DNA from: an uncultured Deferribacterales bacterium
Lineage (GTDB): Bacteria > Chrysiogenota > Deferribacteres > Deferribacterales > Calditerrivibrionaceae
Length of the DNA stretch: 64,000 nucleotides
Direction: 5' to 3'
Assembly (NCBI GenBank): GCA_964519265.1
Contig: CAZFHX010000009.1
Coordinates: 11,450-75,449 of the forward strand
Under the pieces are notes generated by a model that ran no database searches, was not told the DNA's origin, and saw nothing but the letters and a program-made list of their open reading frames with translations. The translations under genes were made by a program, and so were the position numbers. Within the stretch, counting starts at the first letter, position 1; each line of letters begins with the position of its first letter. This document shows positions 53,308-63,590 of this stretch, piece by piece.

Positions 53308-54825
53308 ATGGAAAAACCTATCTTACAATTAAAAAATATTTCTAAAAGCTTCGGTGATTTTAAGGCCAATAAAGGTATTTCATTCGATCTAAAAAAAGGT
53401 GAAATTTTAACTGTACTGGGTGAAAATGGTGCTGGTAAAAGCACACTGATGAACATAATCACAGGATTTTACAGAAGTGATGAGGGGGAGATATTCTTAA
53501 ACGGAGAACCGATCTTTTTACACAGCCCAAAGGATGCCATTAAATATGGCATAGGGATGGTTCATCAACACTTCATGCTTGTGAAAAATAATACTGTTTT
53601 CGAAAACCTTCTCGTTGCACTAAAGGAAAAAGAGTTTTTTATAAATAAAGAAAAATACACCAAAAAGTTTCTGGAACTGTTTGAAAAATTCAATCTAAAC
53701 ATAGACCTAAATATACCACTATGGAAATTATCGATTGGTGAACAGCAATGGATAGAGATCATCAAACTACTTATAAATGACTGTCAGATACTAATTCTGG
53801 ACGAACCCACCACTTTGTTAACCCCTCAAGAAACAGACTTTCTCTTTGAATTTCTCATAAATCTAAAAAAGGAAGGAAAATCGATCATCTTCATATCCCA
53901 CAAGATTAGAGAGGTGATGGAGATATCTGATAGAATAGTAATTTTAAAAAAAGGTGAACTTGTAGGTACTATCAATAGAGATGAGTTCGATGAAAATAAA
54001 ATTTCATACATGATGGTAGGATCAGCATTAAAAGAGAAATACGAAAAAGATGTTAAACCATCCGATGAGATATTATTGGAATTAAGAGATATCTATGCAA
54101 AAAATGATAAAGGGCTTTCAGATCTTTTGGGATTCAATTTGGAGGTTAAAAAAGGGGAGATCTTAGGTATTGCAGGGGTTTCAGGTAATGGGCAAAAGGC
54201 ACTTGCCGAAGTTCTCACTGGGCTTAAAGACCCCTACAAAGGACACATATACCTCAACGGACAGGACATTACCTACGGTAATTCAAGACAGAAATATATC
54301 CATGGGATAGCCCATATCCCTGAAGACAGAAAAGCGATGGGTATAGCCCCAGATCTCACTGTGGAGGAAAACCTCATTCTAAAAAATTTCAAAAACGATG
54401 AATTGGGGGGATTTCTCCTCAACAGAAAAAATATACAAAAATATGCAAATGATCTCGTAGAAAGATTTAACATACAGTATGGTGTCAAAAATGCACCTGT
54501 CAGGCTTCTATCTGGAGGCAATATTCAAAAGGTTATCATAGCAAGGGAATTAAGTGAAAATCCAACCGTTTTAGTGGCCCTTTACCCAACGAGGGGTCTC
54601 GATGTAGGTTCTCAGGAGTTCATACATCAAACTATTATAGAACACCAGAAAAAAGGTATGAGCACTATCTATATATCAGAAGACCTCGATGAACTTTTAA
54701 AGATCTCAGACAGAATAGCAGTCATTTTTAGAGGGAAAAATATGGGATATTTAGATCCAAAGAATGCTGATAAAAAAACGATAGGAAAGATGATGGGGGG
54801 GATAGCAAAGAATGATCAAAATTGA
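53308..54825 (+). CDS. ABC transporter ATP-binding protein (duplicated ATPase)
   Basis: 505 aa. Walker A GENGAGKST and GVSGNGQKA, signature motifs LSIGEQQ and LSGGNIQK. Confidence 0.92.
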   Translation: MEKPILQLKNISKSFGDFKANKGISFDLKKGEILTVLGENGAGKSTLMNIITGFYRSDEGEIFLNGEPIFLHSPKDAIKYGIGMVHQHFMLVKNNTVFENLLVALKEKEFFINKEKYTKKFLELFEKFNLNIDLNIPLWKLSIGEQQWIEIIKLLINDCQILILDEPTTLLTPQETDFLFEFLINLKKEGKSIIFISHKIREVMEISDRIVILKKGELVGTINRDEFDENKISYMMVGSALKEKYEKDVKPSDEILLELRDIYAKNDKGLSDLLGFNLEVKKGEILGIAGVSGNGQKALAEVLTGLKDPYKGHIYLNGQDITYGNSRQKYIHGIAHIPEDRKAMGIAPDLTVEENLILKNFKNDELGGFLLNRKNIQKYANDLVERFNIQYGVKNAPVRLLSGGNIQKVIIARELSENPTVLVALYPTRGLDVGSQEFIHQTIIEHQKKGMSTIYISEDLDELLKISDRIAVIFRGKNMGYLDPKNADKKTIGKMMGGIAKNDQN

Positions 54826-55876
54826 AAAAAGACTTTCCATTTCCCCACTCAGTAAAGGTATCGCAAAGGTTTCATCATTCCTATTTGGGATTATAATAAG
54901 TTCTCTGTTTTTGATGATATTATCAGTTGATCTGATAGACCTTTTAAAAAATTTGTACATAGATGCCTTTGGATCCATACATGCCATTACAGAATTACTC
55001 TTAAAAACCATCCCTCTTCTGATATGTAGTATTGGTGTTTCATTTGCTTTTAAAATGAAACTGTGGAATATAGGATCCGAAGGGCAATTATATATCGGTG
55101 CTCTTGCCTCATCCCTTGTTGCCCTTTATGTACCTATGAACTCTCATCTGATAATGATATCCCTAATGTTTGTAGCTGCCTTTGTAGCTGGAGGATTGTG
55201 GAGCAGCTTTGCAGGTGTACTCAAATCGAAATTACAAGTAAACGAAATAATAGTCACCCTACTGATGAACTACATCGCTATACTAAGCGTTGATTACCTC
55301 GTTTATGGTCCACTAAAAGATCCAGAAGGGTTTAACTTCCCTTATTCAAAAAAGTTTGCCGATGTGGCAAAGCTAGCCACTTTTGGTGATACGCGACTGC
55401 ACACAGGTATAATAATCGCCCTAATACTCCTTGTTATCTACTACATATTGATGGAGAAGTCTGTGTGGGGATATGAAATCAGGGTAATCGGAAGTAATCC
55501 TAACGCTGCAAAATATGCTGGGATAAATATAAACAAAAATATCATCTTGATAATGTTTCTGAGCGGTGGGGTGAGTGCTTTGGCAGGTTTTGCTGAAGTA
55601 TCAGGGGTGATTCATAGGCTTCAACACTCCATATCACCAGGCTACGGATATACAGCTATCATCATCGCTTGGCTTTCCAATCAAAATAGTCTGGGCATAC
55701 TATTCTCATCATTATTTATGGCTTTGATATTTATCGCTGGTGATACGCTGCAATTAAATTATCAGATCCCTGTATCTATGGTAAATGCTTTTCAGGGTAT
55801 GATACTTTTCTCTTTACTGGTTGCTGATTTTTTTATAAACCATAAGATAACAATCAAATGGAGAAAAAATGTTTGA
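54812..55876 (+). CDS. ABC transporter permease (BPD_transp_2 type)
   Basis: 354 aa, polytopic, positioned after the ATPase in a Bmp-type operon. Confidence 0.88.
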   Translation: MIKIEKRLSISPLSKGIAKVSSFLFGIIISSLFLMILSVDLIDLLKNLYIDAFGSIHAITELLLKTIPLLICSIGVSFAFKMKLWNIGSEGQLYIGALASSLVALYVPMNSHLIMISLMFVAAFVAGGLWSSFAGVLKSKLQVNEIIVTLLMNYIAILSVDYLVYGPLKDPEGFNFPYSKKFADVAKLATFGDTRLHTGIIIALILLVIYYILMEKSVWGYEIRVIGSNPNAAKYAGININKNIILIMFLSGGVSALAGFAEVSGVIHRLQHSISPGYGYTAIIIAWLSNQNSLGILFSSLFMALIFIAGDTLQLNYQIPVSMVNAFQGMILFSLLVADFFINHKITIKWRKNV

Positions 55877-56786
55877 GATAATCCTCGACACTACCATAAG
55901 AGCTGGAACTCCGATCCTTTACGCTACAATGGGAACCATACTGATGGAGAAGAGTGGAATAATAAATTTAGGTGTCGAAGGTCTAATGCTCATTGGGGCC
56001 CTTTCAGGGTTTTATTTTACCTTCATTACAGGTAATCTATTCATCGGATTCTTAGCAGCCATTTTTTTATCTGCATTGGCTGGATCGATCCACGCATTCA
56101 TCACAACTTATCTAAAAGCCAATCAGATAGTCAGTGGTCTTGCCCTTACGATGTTTGGTACAGGGATTACAGCAATGTTGGGGAAATCTGTAGTAGGGGA
56201 AAATATAAAAGGTCTCGAGAGACTTAATCTCTTTTCATTAAAAGACACCGCAATAGTGGGACCACTTTTTAATCAAGATATAATGGTGTATATAAGCATT
56301 TTACTTCTCATTCTCATACACTTATTTTTACATAGGACTACTGCTGGATTAAACCTTAGAACGGTAGGAGAAAACCCTTATGCAGCTGATAATGCAGGTA
56401 TAAATGTAAATGTTTATAGATTTTGGACTGTGGTTATAGGTTCTGGAATAGTCGGAATCGGTGGAGCATACCTATCTTTGGTGTATACACCACTTTGGAT
56501 TGAAAATATGACTGCTGGTAGAGGTTGGATAGCAGTTGCCCTTGTTATCTTCTCAAGTTGGGATGTAAGAAAAGCACTCATCGGTGCATACTTTTTTGGT
56601 GGCATAGCTGCAAATCAATTGAGACTTCAAGCAATGGGAACAAATATTTCAGTCCAAATCTTGCAGTCACTACCCTACATCTTTACTATACTTGTACTTA
56701 TTATAACATCCCTTAGGAAAGAGAAATCCACCCAAAATCAACCTGAGGCATTGGGCAATCCATACGATAGAGAAGACCGAATATGA
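55869..56786 (+). CDS. ABC transporter permease (second subunit)
   Basis: 305 aa, polytopic, with an 8-nt overlap with the first permease. Confidence 0.88.
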   Translation: MFEIILDTTIRAGTPILYATMGTILMEKSGIINLGVEGLMLIGALSGFYFTFITGNLFIGFLAAIFLSALAGSIHAFITTYLKANQIVSGLALTMFGTGITAMLGKSVVGENIKGLERLNLFSLKDTAIVGPLFNQDIMVYISILLLILIHLFLHRTTAGLNLRTVGENPYAADNAGINVNVYRFWTVVIGSGIVGIGGAYLSLVYTPLWIENMTAGRGWIAVALVIFSSWDVRKALIGAYFFGGIAANQLRLQAMGTNISVQILQSLPYIFTILVLIITSLRKEKSTQNQPEALGNPYDREDRI

Positions 56787-57337
56787 ATAAAGATGTAAAA
56801 AATCTTTTAATTGAGTATATATTGGAAAAAGGTGAAATAAACGGTGATATCATTAATGTAGAACAGTTTTTAAATCATCAAGTAGACCCTTTTTTATTAA
56901 CAGCAATCACAGATTTTTTCGATTCTCATCTGACCAACTTGGATTTCGATAAAATAATCACAGTGGAATCAAGTGGAATAGTATTTGCCACTGCCCTATC
57001 TATCCGATTAAACAAACCATTCATCTTTATCAAAAAGAAAAAGCCTATCACCATGAAGGAGTTTGTTTCAACATCATCATATTCCTTTACCAAAAAGATC
57101 AGTACTGAGCTATTCCTATCGAAAAGATGTATTTCAAACAAAGATACTGTAGTCGTAGTGGATGATTTCTACGCAAATGGTGATACCCATAAGGCATTAT
57201 TGAACCTATCAGAACAGGTAGGTTTCAAGATTTCGAAGTATCTTGTGGTGATAAATAAATCCGAAAACAACGACATAGTTTCCATTTTGAATAGAAATGA
57301 TATAAAAGAGCTTACAAATGAAAAAAAGCGCCCCTAA
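56783..57337 (+). CDS. xpt: xanthine phosphoribosyltransferase
   Basis: 184 aa. FLNHQVDP, ITVESSGI, SYSFTK and the PRPP loop VVVVDDFYANGDT align by eye with Xpt. Confidence 0.85.
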   Translation: MNKDVKNLLIEYILEKGEINGDIINVEQFLNHQVDPFLLTAITDFFDSHLTNLDFDKIITVESSGIVFATALSIRLNKPFIFIKKKKPITMKEFVSTSSYSFTKKISTELFLSKRCISNKDTVVVVDDFYANGDTHKALLNLSEQVGFKISKYLVVINKSENNDIVSILNRNDIKELTNEKKRP

Positions 57338-58805
57338 GAAAAACCTTCAAATAAAAATTACACTATTGATATTCATACTACTTATCTCTGTATCCCTACT
57401 CGTATCAACTTATCTTACTGCTACAGCAGAGAAAAAAGCCACAGAATTAGCCACAAACTACGCCCACGCCATATCAAAAATAGTTGACTCCTCTTTATCT
57501 TACTACATGCAACACGGACATAAAACTGAGATAACAAAGCTTGTTGGCGAACTATCAAATAATGAATATATTCAGGGAATTCATATATTCGACAATACCA
57601 AAGAGATAGCATGTATAAGTTCAAGAGATAAGATACATAAACTAACCTCAGAATATTTCGAAGAGATTCTCAAAAATGTTGAGTTTAGACCTACCCTAAA
57701 GATAATCAAAACAAAAAACTACCACTTTCTCGCCTACTATTCCCCGTATACAAATAAAGGTGAATGTAAAAGATGCCATTTCGAAAAAGATATAATTGGA
57801 ACCCTAAATGTAAATATCAACTTAAAACAGATATACGAATCAACATTGCTACAAGCAAAAAAAACATTCATCGTACTCATATTATCAAGTTTACTCATCG
57901 CATTGATACTATCCATTTTAATCAACATCCTTGTAATAAAACCTATCAAAAAGATAGAAAAAGGGATGGAAGAGATAAAAAATAACAATTTCGATGTAAA
58001 AGTGGATATCAAATCGGGAGATGAACTGGAACTTCTTGCCAATAATTTCAATGGAATGATTCAAGCATTAAATAATGCCAACAAAACCATAGACAACATG
58101 CACAAAAGCATCATTCATACGGATAGACTCATGACAATAGGAACATTGACAGCCTCTATCAGTCATGAAATAAAAAATCCATTAAACTCAATTATGATTT
58201 CAACTGATATCTTATTGGAGCACTGCAAAAAAAATGTAGGGGATGAAAAATTAAAGAAATTCCTGATCTCAATCATCGAAGATGCTCAGCGGATAAAAGA
58301 TATCATTGATCAAACCCTAAATTTCTCCAGATACGAAACTTCAACCACCGAAAAGATCAACATCAAGCAACTGCTAAAAAGTATAGTAATGTACTCCAAA
58401 AGAATACTTTTTTATAAAGAGAACATCAATTTTCAGATATTAAATGAGGTCAGCGACAATAGTTTCATTATTGGAAACAAGACCAATATTGAGCAGATGC
58501 TCATCAATATCCTAAAAAATGCCGTAGAAAGTATCCCAGAAAACAGCAGAGGGGAAGTAACTATAACTGCATCTGAAACGGAAGACGATGTACAATTTAT
58601 CATCTCCGATAACGGTGTAGGAATACCAGAAGATAAATTGGAATTGATTTTCAAAGAATTTTATTCTACTAAAACGAACGGAACAGGACTTGGATTATCT
58701 ATAGTAAAAGAGATTGTTGAAAATCATAACGGCACCCTCGAGATAAAATCAGAGGTTGGAAAGGGAACGACAGTAATTATAAAAATACCAATACACAAGG
58801 AATAG
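57318..58805 (+). CDS. sensor histidine kinase with periplasmic CxxCH-containing domain, HAMP, HisKA and HATPase
   Basis: 495 aa. TM1 at aa 13-33, a periplasmic domain with CKRCH (nt 57765-57779), then TM2 and HAMP. H-box SHEIKNPLN, N-box NAVES, G-boxes DNGVGIP and GTGLGLSIV. Confidence 0.88.
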   Translation: MKKSAPKKNLQIKITLLIFILLISVSLLVSTYLTATAEKKATELATNYAHAISKIVDSSLSYYMQHGHKTEITKLVGELSNNEYIQGIHIFDNTKEIACISSRDKIHKLTSEYFEEILKNVEFRPTLKIIKTKNYHFLAYYSPYTNKGECKRCHFEKDIIGTLNVNINLKQIYESTLLQAKKTFIVLILSSLLIALILSILINILVIKPIKKIEKGMEEIKNNNFDVKVDIKSGDELELLANNFNGMIQALNNANKTIDNMHKSIIHTDRLMTIGTLTASISHEIKNPLNSIMISTDILLEHCKKNVGDEKLKKFLISIIEDAQRIKDIIDQTLNFSRYETSTTEKINIKQLLKSIVMYSKRILFYKENINFQILNEVSDNSFIIGNKTNIEQMLINILKNAVESIPENSRGEVTITASETEDDVQFIISDNGVGIPEDKLELIFKEFYSTKTNGTGLGLSIVKEIVENHNGTLEIKSEVGKGTTVIIKIPIHKE

Positions 58806-58807
58806 CC

Positions 58808-59536
58808 ATGCCAGAAGTTAAAAAGATTTCATTCGTTTTACCTGTTTACAACGAAGAAGGGAATATTGAAAACCTATACGATGAGATAACATCAGTAGCA
58901 GACAAACTACCCCACGAATATGAAATACTCTTTGTGGATGATTGTAGCAAAGATAGTAGCTTACAAATCATAAAAGCACTTTCAGAAAAAGATAAAAGAG
59001 TAAAATATATATCTTTTGAAAAAAATTCTGGTCAATCTGCTGCACTCTACATGGGATTTCAGCATGCAACAGGTGATACTATAATAACCCTTGATGCTGA
59101 TTTACAAAACGATCCCAAAGATATACCGATGATGTTGGAGTACTATAAAAATTACGATATGGTAAACGGCTGGAGAAAAAATAGGCAGGATACTCTCTCC
59201 AAAAAGATTGGTAGCAAAATAGGGAATGCTGTAAGAAATTGGTTTACAAACGAAACCATCCACGATACAGGATGCGCTCTAAAAGTAATGAGAGCAGACC
59301 TTTTAAAAAAGATAAAAGGTTTTAGAGGATTCCATAGATTTATACCTACCTTGATGAGGCTTGAGGGGGCATCTGTCATCGAAGTAGTAGTTAATCATAG
59401 AAATAGATTTACAGGTGTATCTAAATATAACAACACAAAAAGAGCAATACAGGGGTTGTATGACCTAATAGGTGTCAGATGGATGATATCTCGTCATATA
59501 AAACCTATAATAAAGGAGAAAAAAATTGAAGACTGA
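58808..59536 (+). CDS. GT2 polyprenyl-phosphate glycosyltransferase (ArnC/RgtE-like)
   Basis: 242 aa with FVLPVYNEE, VDDCSKDSS and DADLQND motifs and a short membrane-associated C-terminus. Confidence 0.88.
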   Translation: MPEVKKISFVLPVYNEEGNIENLYDEITSVADKLPHEYEILFVDDCSKDSSLQIIKALSEKDKRVKYISFEKNSGQSAALYMGFQHATGDTIITLDADLQNDPKDIPMMLEYYKNYDMVNGWRKNRQDTLSKKIGSKIGNAVRNWFTNETIHDTGCALKVMRADLLKKIKGFRGFHRFIPTLMRLEGASVIEVVVNHRNRFTGVSKYNNTKRAIQGLYDLIGVRWMISRHIKPIIKEKKIED

Positions 59537-59807
59537 GTGGTGGCTTTTGGCAATAGGTTTTTTAGGTCAGGGATTATTTTTCATGCGGTTTTTCGTTCAG
59601 TGGATATATTCCGAAAAACAGAGAAAAAGTATAATCCCTGAATCATTCTGGTATTTTAGCATCGGAGGTAGCATCTGCCTTCTCATCTATGCAGTATTAA
59701 GAAGAGATATAGTATTCACAATCGGTCAAACTACAGGTTTTATAATATATTTTAGAAATCTATATTTCATAAGAAAAGAGAAAAGGAAAAAACTTGCCAA
59801 CAGATAA
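59526..59807 (+). CDS. lipid A biosynthesis N-terminal (LAB_N) domain membrane protein
   Basis: 93 aa with 3 TM helices. GFLGQGLFFMRFFVQWIYSEK...SIIPESFWYFSIGGS matches the LAB_N pattern. TTG start with an AAGGAG SD. Confidence 0.75.
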   Translation: MKTEWWLLAIGFLGQGLFFMRFFVQWIYSEKQRKSIIPESFWYFSIGGSICLLIYAVLRRDIVFTIGQTTGFIIYFRNLYFIRKEKRKKLANR

Positions 59808-61383
59808 GAAAAAGTTTTTGTTCTTTCTTTTCATTTATGCAGTACTTTCCATCTACACTATAGGTTTTGCTCCGATATTTGAATCCACAGAGGCAAGATA
59901 TGCCGAAATTGCGAGGGAGATGATAGAAAGTGGAAACTACATCGAACCGCATTTCAACGGTATCAAACACTTTCATAAACCCCCAATAACTTATTGGATG
60001 ATAGCAGGAGGATTAAAACTCTTTGGTATAAATAACTTTGGTGCGAGGTTCTTTGGAATAGTTGCATCAATTTTCGTAATTATTTATACAGTCAAGCTTG
60101 CAAAATTTTTTGTAAAAGATGATGAAAAACACTTTCCCGCTTATATTTTGGGTTCATCCATACTTTTTTTAATGGTATCAAAAATCGCTGCGACAGATAT
60201 CTATCTTACATTATGGACTGTAATTGCTCAATATTACTATTTTAAACAGATCTACCATACTAAATCTACCAAGAACGCTATCTTGTTGGGTATTTTTTTA
60301 GGATTGGGATTTCTTACAAAAGGGCCTATAATCTTTATATTTACCCTATTGCCATTTCTAATATCAAAAATATTTGACATTCACTTCAGAAAGGTCTTTA
60401 GTATAAAAGATATTTTCCTATCAATTATTTCTTTCTTTATAATTGCCCTACCCTGGTATGCTATTGTAATTTCAAAAAATCCTGAACTTTTACAATATTT
60501 CTTAAAGGTTCAAACTTTAGAGAGGGTCACTACCAACAGGTTCAACAGAGAAAAACCATTCTACTTCTTTTTAGGAACAATTTTTTTCTCTACACTCCCA
60601 TATTCTATTTTGATCATTTTGAAGATAAAGCAGTTATTTCTGAATTATAAAAGATATCTGATACTAATTGTATATATCATCGTGCCATTTATAGTCTTTT
60701 CATTAGCAAAAAGTAAACTTCATTCTTACCTTGCCCCCCTAACGCCTATTTTAAGTATTTTCGTCTTTAAATTTTATAAAGAGTATTTCAGCAGTGTGTT
60801 CAACAGAATAGTACAATTTTTATTATCCCTATTTCCAGCAATTTTAATCATAGGCACACTTTTTTATGAAAAAATTAGATTCAATCCTACAATTATTTTA
60901 CTTTCCCTAATTGCCATACTTTTTATTTTTCTTTCTCACCAAAAAAATGATTCATTTAATTTCAGCTATAATATTGCACTAATAATATTGGTAATTTTCA
61001 ATATCTTTTATTATTCATCATCATTATTGCAAGATAAGTTAATGGGTTTTGAAAATATGGTAAAAACTGCTAATAAGTTAGATCCTGAAAGAAAATTAGA
61101 ATCTGTGTGTTATAAAAGGGATCTTCCCTCTGTATCTTTTTATAGAAACAAAATAGCTGTAATGGCATTTGGGATGCAGCGGGAAACTCAGTTTGAAAAA
61201 AATGAAACATACAAAAAATATTACATTGAATCTGAAACTGAGATGAAAAATTTTCTTAAGAATAACAAGGAATTTTTCTTATTCACAAGAGGCTTATCTG
61301 GAGAGTTTCAAGATAAATACAAGATTAAATGTGAAGAAAAATTTTTACAAAGGGATTATAGCTTATCCTTATGCAAAAATTGA
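59794..61383 (+). CDS. ArnT-like GT39/GT83 (PMT_2) lipid-linked-sugar glycosyltransferase, copy 1
   Basis: 529 aa, polytopic. The first periplasmic loop has ESTEARYAEIAREMIESGNYIEPHFNGIKHFHKPPITYW, the ArnT/PMT_2 signature. Confidence 0.85.
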   Translation: MPTDKKKFLFFLFIYAVLSIYTIGFAPIFESTEARYAEIAREMIESGNYIEPHFNGIKHFHKPPITYWMIAGGLKLFGINNFGARFFGIVASIFVIIYTVKLAKFFVKDDEKHFPAYILGSSILFLMVSKIAATDIYLTLWTVIAQYYYFKQIYHTKSTKNAILLGIFLGLGFLTKGPIIFIFTLLPFLISKIFDIHFRKVFSIKDIFLSIISFFIIALPWYAIVISKNPELLQYFLKVQTLERVTTNRFNREKPFYFFLGTIFFSTLPYSILIILKIKQLFLNYKRYLILIVYIIVPFIVFSLAKSKLHSYLAPLTPILSIFVFKFYKEYFSSVFNRIVQFLLSLFPAILIIGTLFYEKIRFNPTIILLSLIAILFIFLSHQKNDSFNFSYNIALIILVIFNIFYYSSSLLQDKLMGFENMVKTANKLDPERKLESVCYKRDLPSVSFYRNKIAVMAFGMQRETQFEKNETYKKYYIESETEMKNFLKNNKEFFLFTRGLSGEFQDKYKIKCEEKFLQRDYSLSLCKN

Positions 61384-61994
61384 GTCATTACATTATTATC
61401 ACAATTCTATTTTCAGTTTTTATCGTAATATCATATATTTTTTTAGATATTCCAACTATTAAGTTTCTTTACCAACATAAAGGAAAATTCATCTACAACT
61501 TAGCTAAAAATATTACAGATTATGCAAAAGCTGAGTATCAACTAATCCCTGCACTACTTTTTTATTTATCCTTCAGAAAAAAAAATAGATATTATGCCAA
61601 CATCGCACTTTTAATATTTATAGCTGTTGCCGTAGCGGGTCTAACGACTGATCTATTAAAATTTATTTTAGGAAGATATCGTCCAGTGGAATATTTGGAA
61701 AATGGGAATTTCGGTTTTCAATTTTTTCAGATTAGAGGGAGATTTACATCTATACCATCAGGTCATACCACAACATTCTTTAGCGCAATGTTCCTGTTAT
61801 CATTATTCTTTAAGAGACACAGATATCTATTCATAATCATAGGTATATTGATGGTATCGACACGGGTATTTTCATTAAATCACTACCCCAGCGATGTATT
61901 GGCAGGGATTTATGTTGCAATAATTGTTAGTTCTATACTATATAATCAATTCAAAAAAAGAGGGTTGTTAGAACAGGATGGAAAATCTAATTAA
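61371..61994 (+). CDS. PAP2-family lipid phosphatase (LpxE/LpxF-like candidate)
   Basis: 207 aa with all three acid-phosphatase motifs: KFILGRYRP, PSGH and SRVFSLNHYPSD. Confidence 0.85.
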   Translation: MQKLSHYIIITILFSVFIVISYIFLDIPTIKFLYQHKGKFIYNLAKNITDYAKAEYQLIPALLFYLSFRKKNRYYANIALLIFIAVAVAGLTTDLLKFILGRYRPVEYLENGNFGFQFFQIRGRFTSIPSGHTTTFFSAMFLLSLFFKRHRYLFIIIGILMVSTRVFSLNHYPSDVLAGIYVAIIVSSILYNQFKKRGLLEQDGKSN

Positions 61995-63561
61995 ACATAA
62001 ATATGCAAAGCCGTTAATCTTAGTTGCGTATGTATTGGCAATTTCGATACTTACTGGTGGATATAGAGATCTTTTTTTCGGCGACGAAGTAAGATATGCA
62101 GATGTCTACACCCACTTAAAAGAGGGGAATTTCATCGCACTTACATTAAACGGTGAACCATACCCCGATAAACCACCTCTATTCTTTATATTTATTTACA
62201 TAATTCAATTACTCACGGGAATCACTGCTCCAAAAGTACTTTTTGTAGCCACCTCAATTACAGGTGTAATGTTTATTTTAAGCAGTTATTATTTCCTAAA
62301 AATAACAACAGAAGATGAAAATCTTTCATTTTATTCAAATTTACTATTAGTATCAAATCTCTACACCATAGCACTTATAAATTTTGTCAAAATGGACCTC
62401 ATGTTTTCTTTTTTCATACTTTTATCATTTTCATTTTTTTATAAATATTTTTCGGAAAAGAATATACTATACAACTATCTTGCTTTTATCATGGCAGGTA
62501 TCGCTGTAATGGTCAAAGGTCTTTTGGGTATAGTATTCCCTCTATTATCATTTGTAGTATTCTGCATATTAAAAAAAGAATACAAGTGTATTTTAAATAT
62601 TCATTTTTTAATTGGTTTTATTATATCTTTATTCCCAACAATAGCATGGATATTGGCTCTGATAAACATATACGGTTATGATTATGTCTATAACTCGATA
62701 TTTTACCAGCAAACAGTAAGAAGAGCAGTGGATGCCTTCCATAGCAAAAAACCTTTTTACTTTTACATATATGTTCTACCCATCGTTTGGATACCCATAT
62801 CTCTGATACTCATCTTAAAAATCAAAAAACTAAAAGAATCTCTAATAAATTTCTATCGGTATAACAATAATGGTTATCCATATATATCAATTATATTTAT
62901 CACATCTTTTGTCATTCTATCCCTTGTTAGTAGCAAGTTTGCAAATTATCTTTTGCCTATCTTTCCTATGTTTGCTGCGTTTTTATATTTTATATTAAAA
63001 AAGTTCGATGCAAAAAAAATATTTTGGCTTACCATTTCAGCATTTTATATAATTTTATCAATTTTTTCACTGGGGCTATTAATATACAACAACAAAATCA
63101 ATTTCTTAGATAGAATAAATTACGCATGGATGGTTGCTGTTGTGGGAATTTTTATATCTTTATCATTAATTATTTCTCTTAAAAAAAGTAATGAACACTT
63201 AATACTAACTTACGCTTTTTGTATAATAATATTTTCTAACACTCTAAACCTCACATTCGTTATACCAGCAAGTAGCTATTTTTCTCCAAAACCAATAGGA
63301 GATGCTCTTAAAATTTATGCAGAACAGGGATACAAGCCTATTTCTTTTGATACTTATTCAGGCACCTACTCTTTTTATACTGGTAGACCTGTGTTGGAAA
63401 CGAGGGATAGAAAGTTATTAGAGGATCTTTTATCCCGTGAAAAAATCGTAGTAGCAATGTCTGAAAAAAATTGGAATAGATGGGAAAATAGACCTACAAC
63501 ACTAAAAATTGTAAAAAGACAGTTTATGATGAATAAATACTATTTAGTTTTAACAAATTAG
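61978..63561 (+). CDS. ArnT-like GT39/GT83 glycosyltransferase, copy 2 (divergent)
   Basis: 527 aa, polytopic. GDEVRYADVYTHLKEGNFIALTLNGEPYPDKPPLFF corresponds to the same signature loop. Confidence 0.8.
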   Translation: MENLIKHKYAKPLILVAYVLAISILTGGYRDLFFGDEVRYADVYTHLKEGNFIALTLNGEPYPDKPPLFFIFIYIIQLLTGITAPKVLFVATSITGVMFILSSYYFLKITTEDENLSFYSNLLLVSNLYTIALINFVKMDLMFSFFILLSFSFFYKYFSEKNILYNYLAFIMAGIAVMVKGLLGIVFPLLSFVVFCILKKEYKCILNIHFLIGFIISLFPTIAWILALINIYGYDYVYNSIFYQQTVRRAVDAFHSKKPFYFYIYVLPIVWIPISLILILKIKKLKESLINFYRYNNNGYPYISIIFITSFVILSLVSSKFANYLLPIFPMFAAFLYFILKKFDAKKIFWLTISAFYIILSIFSLGLLIYNNKINFLDRINYAWMVAVVGIFISLSLIISLKKSNEHLILTYAFCIIIFSNTLNLTFVIPASSYFSPKPIGDALKIYAEQGYKPISFDTYSGTYSFYTGRPVLETRDRKLLEDLLSREKIVVAMSEKNWNRWENRPTTLKIVKRQFMMNKYYLVLTN

Positions 63562-63590
63562 TGTTTAACGATTAAGAAACTTTTTCAATA

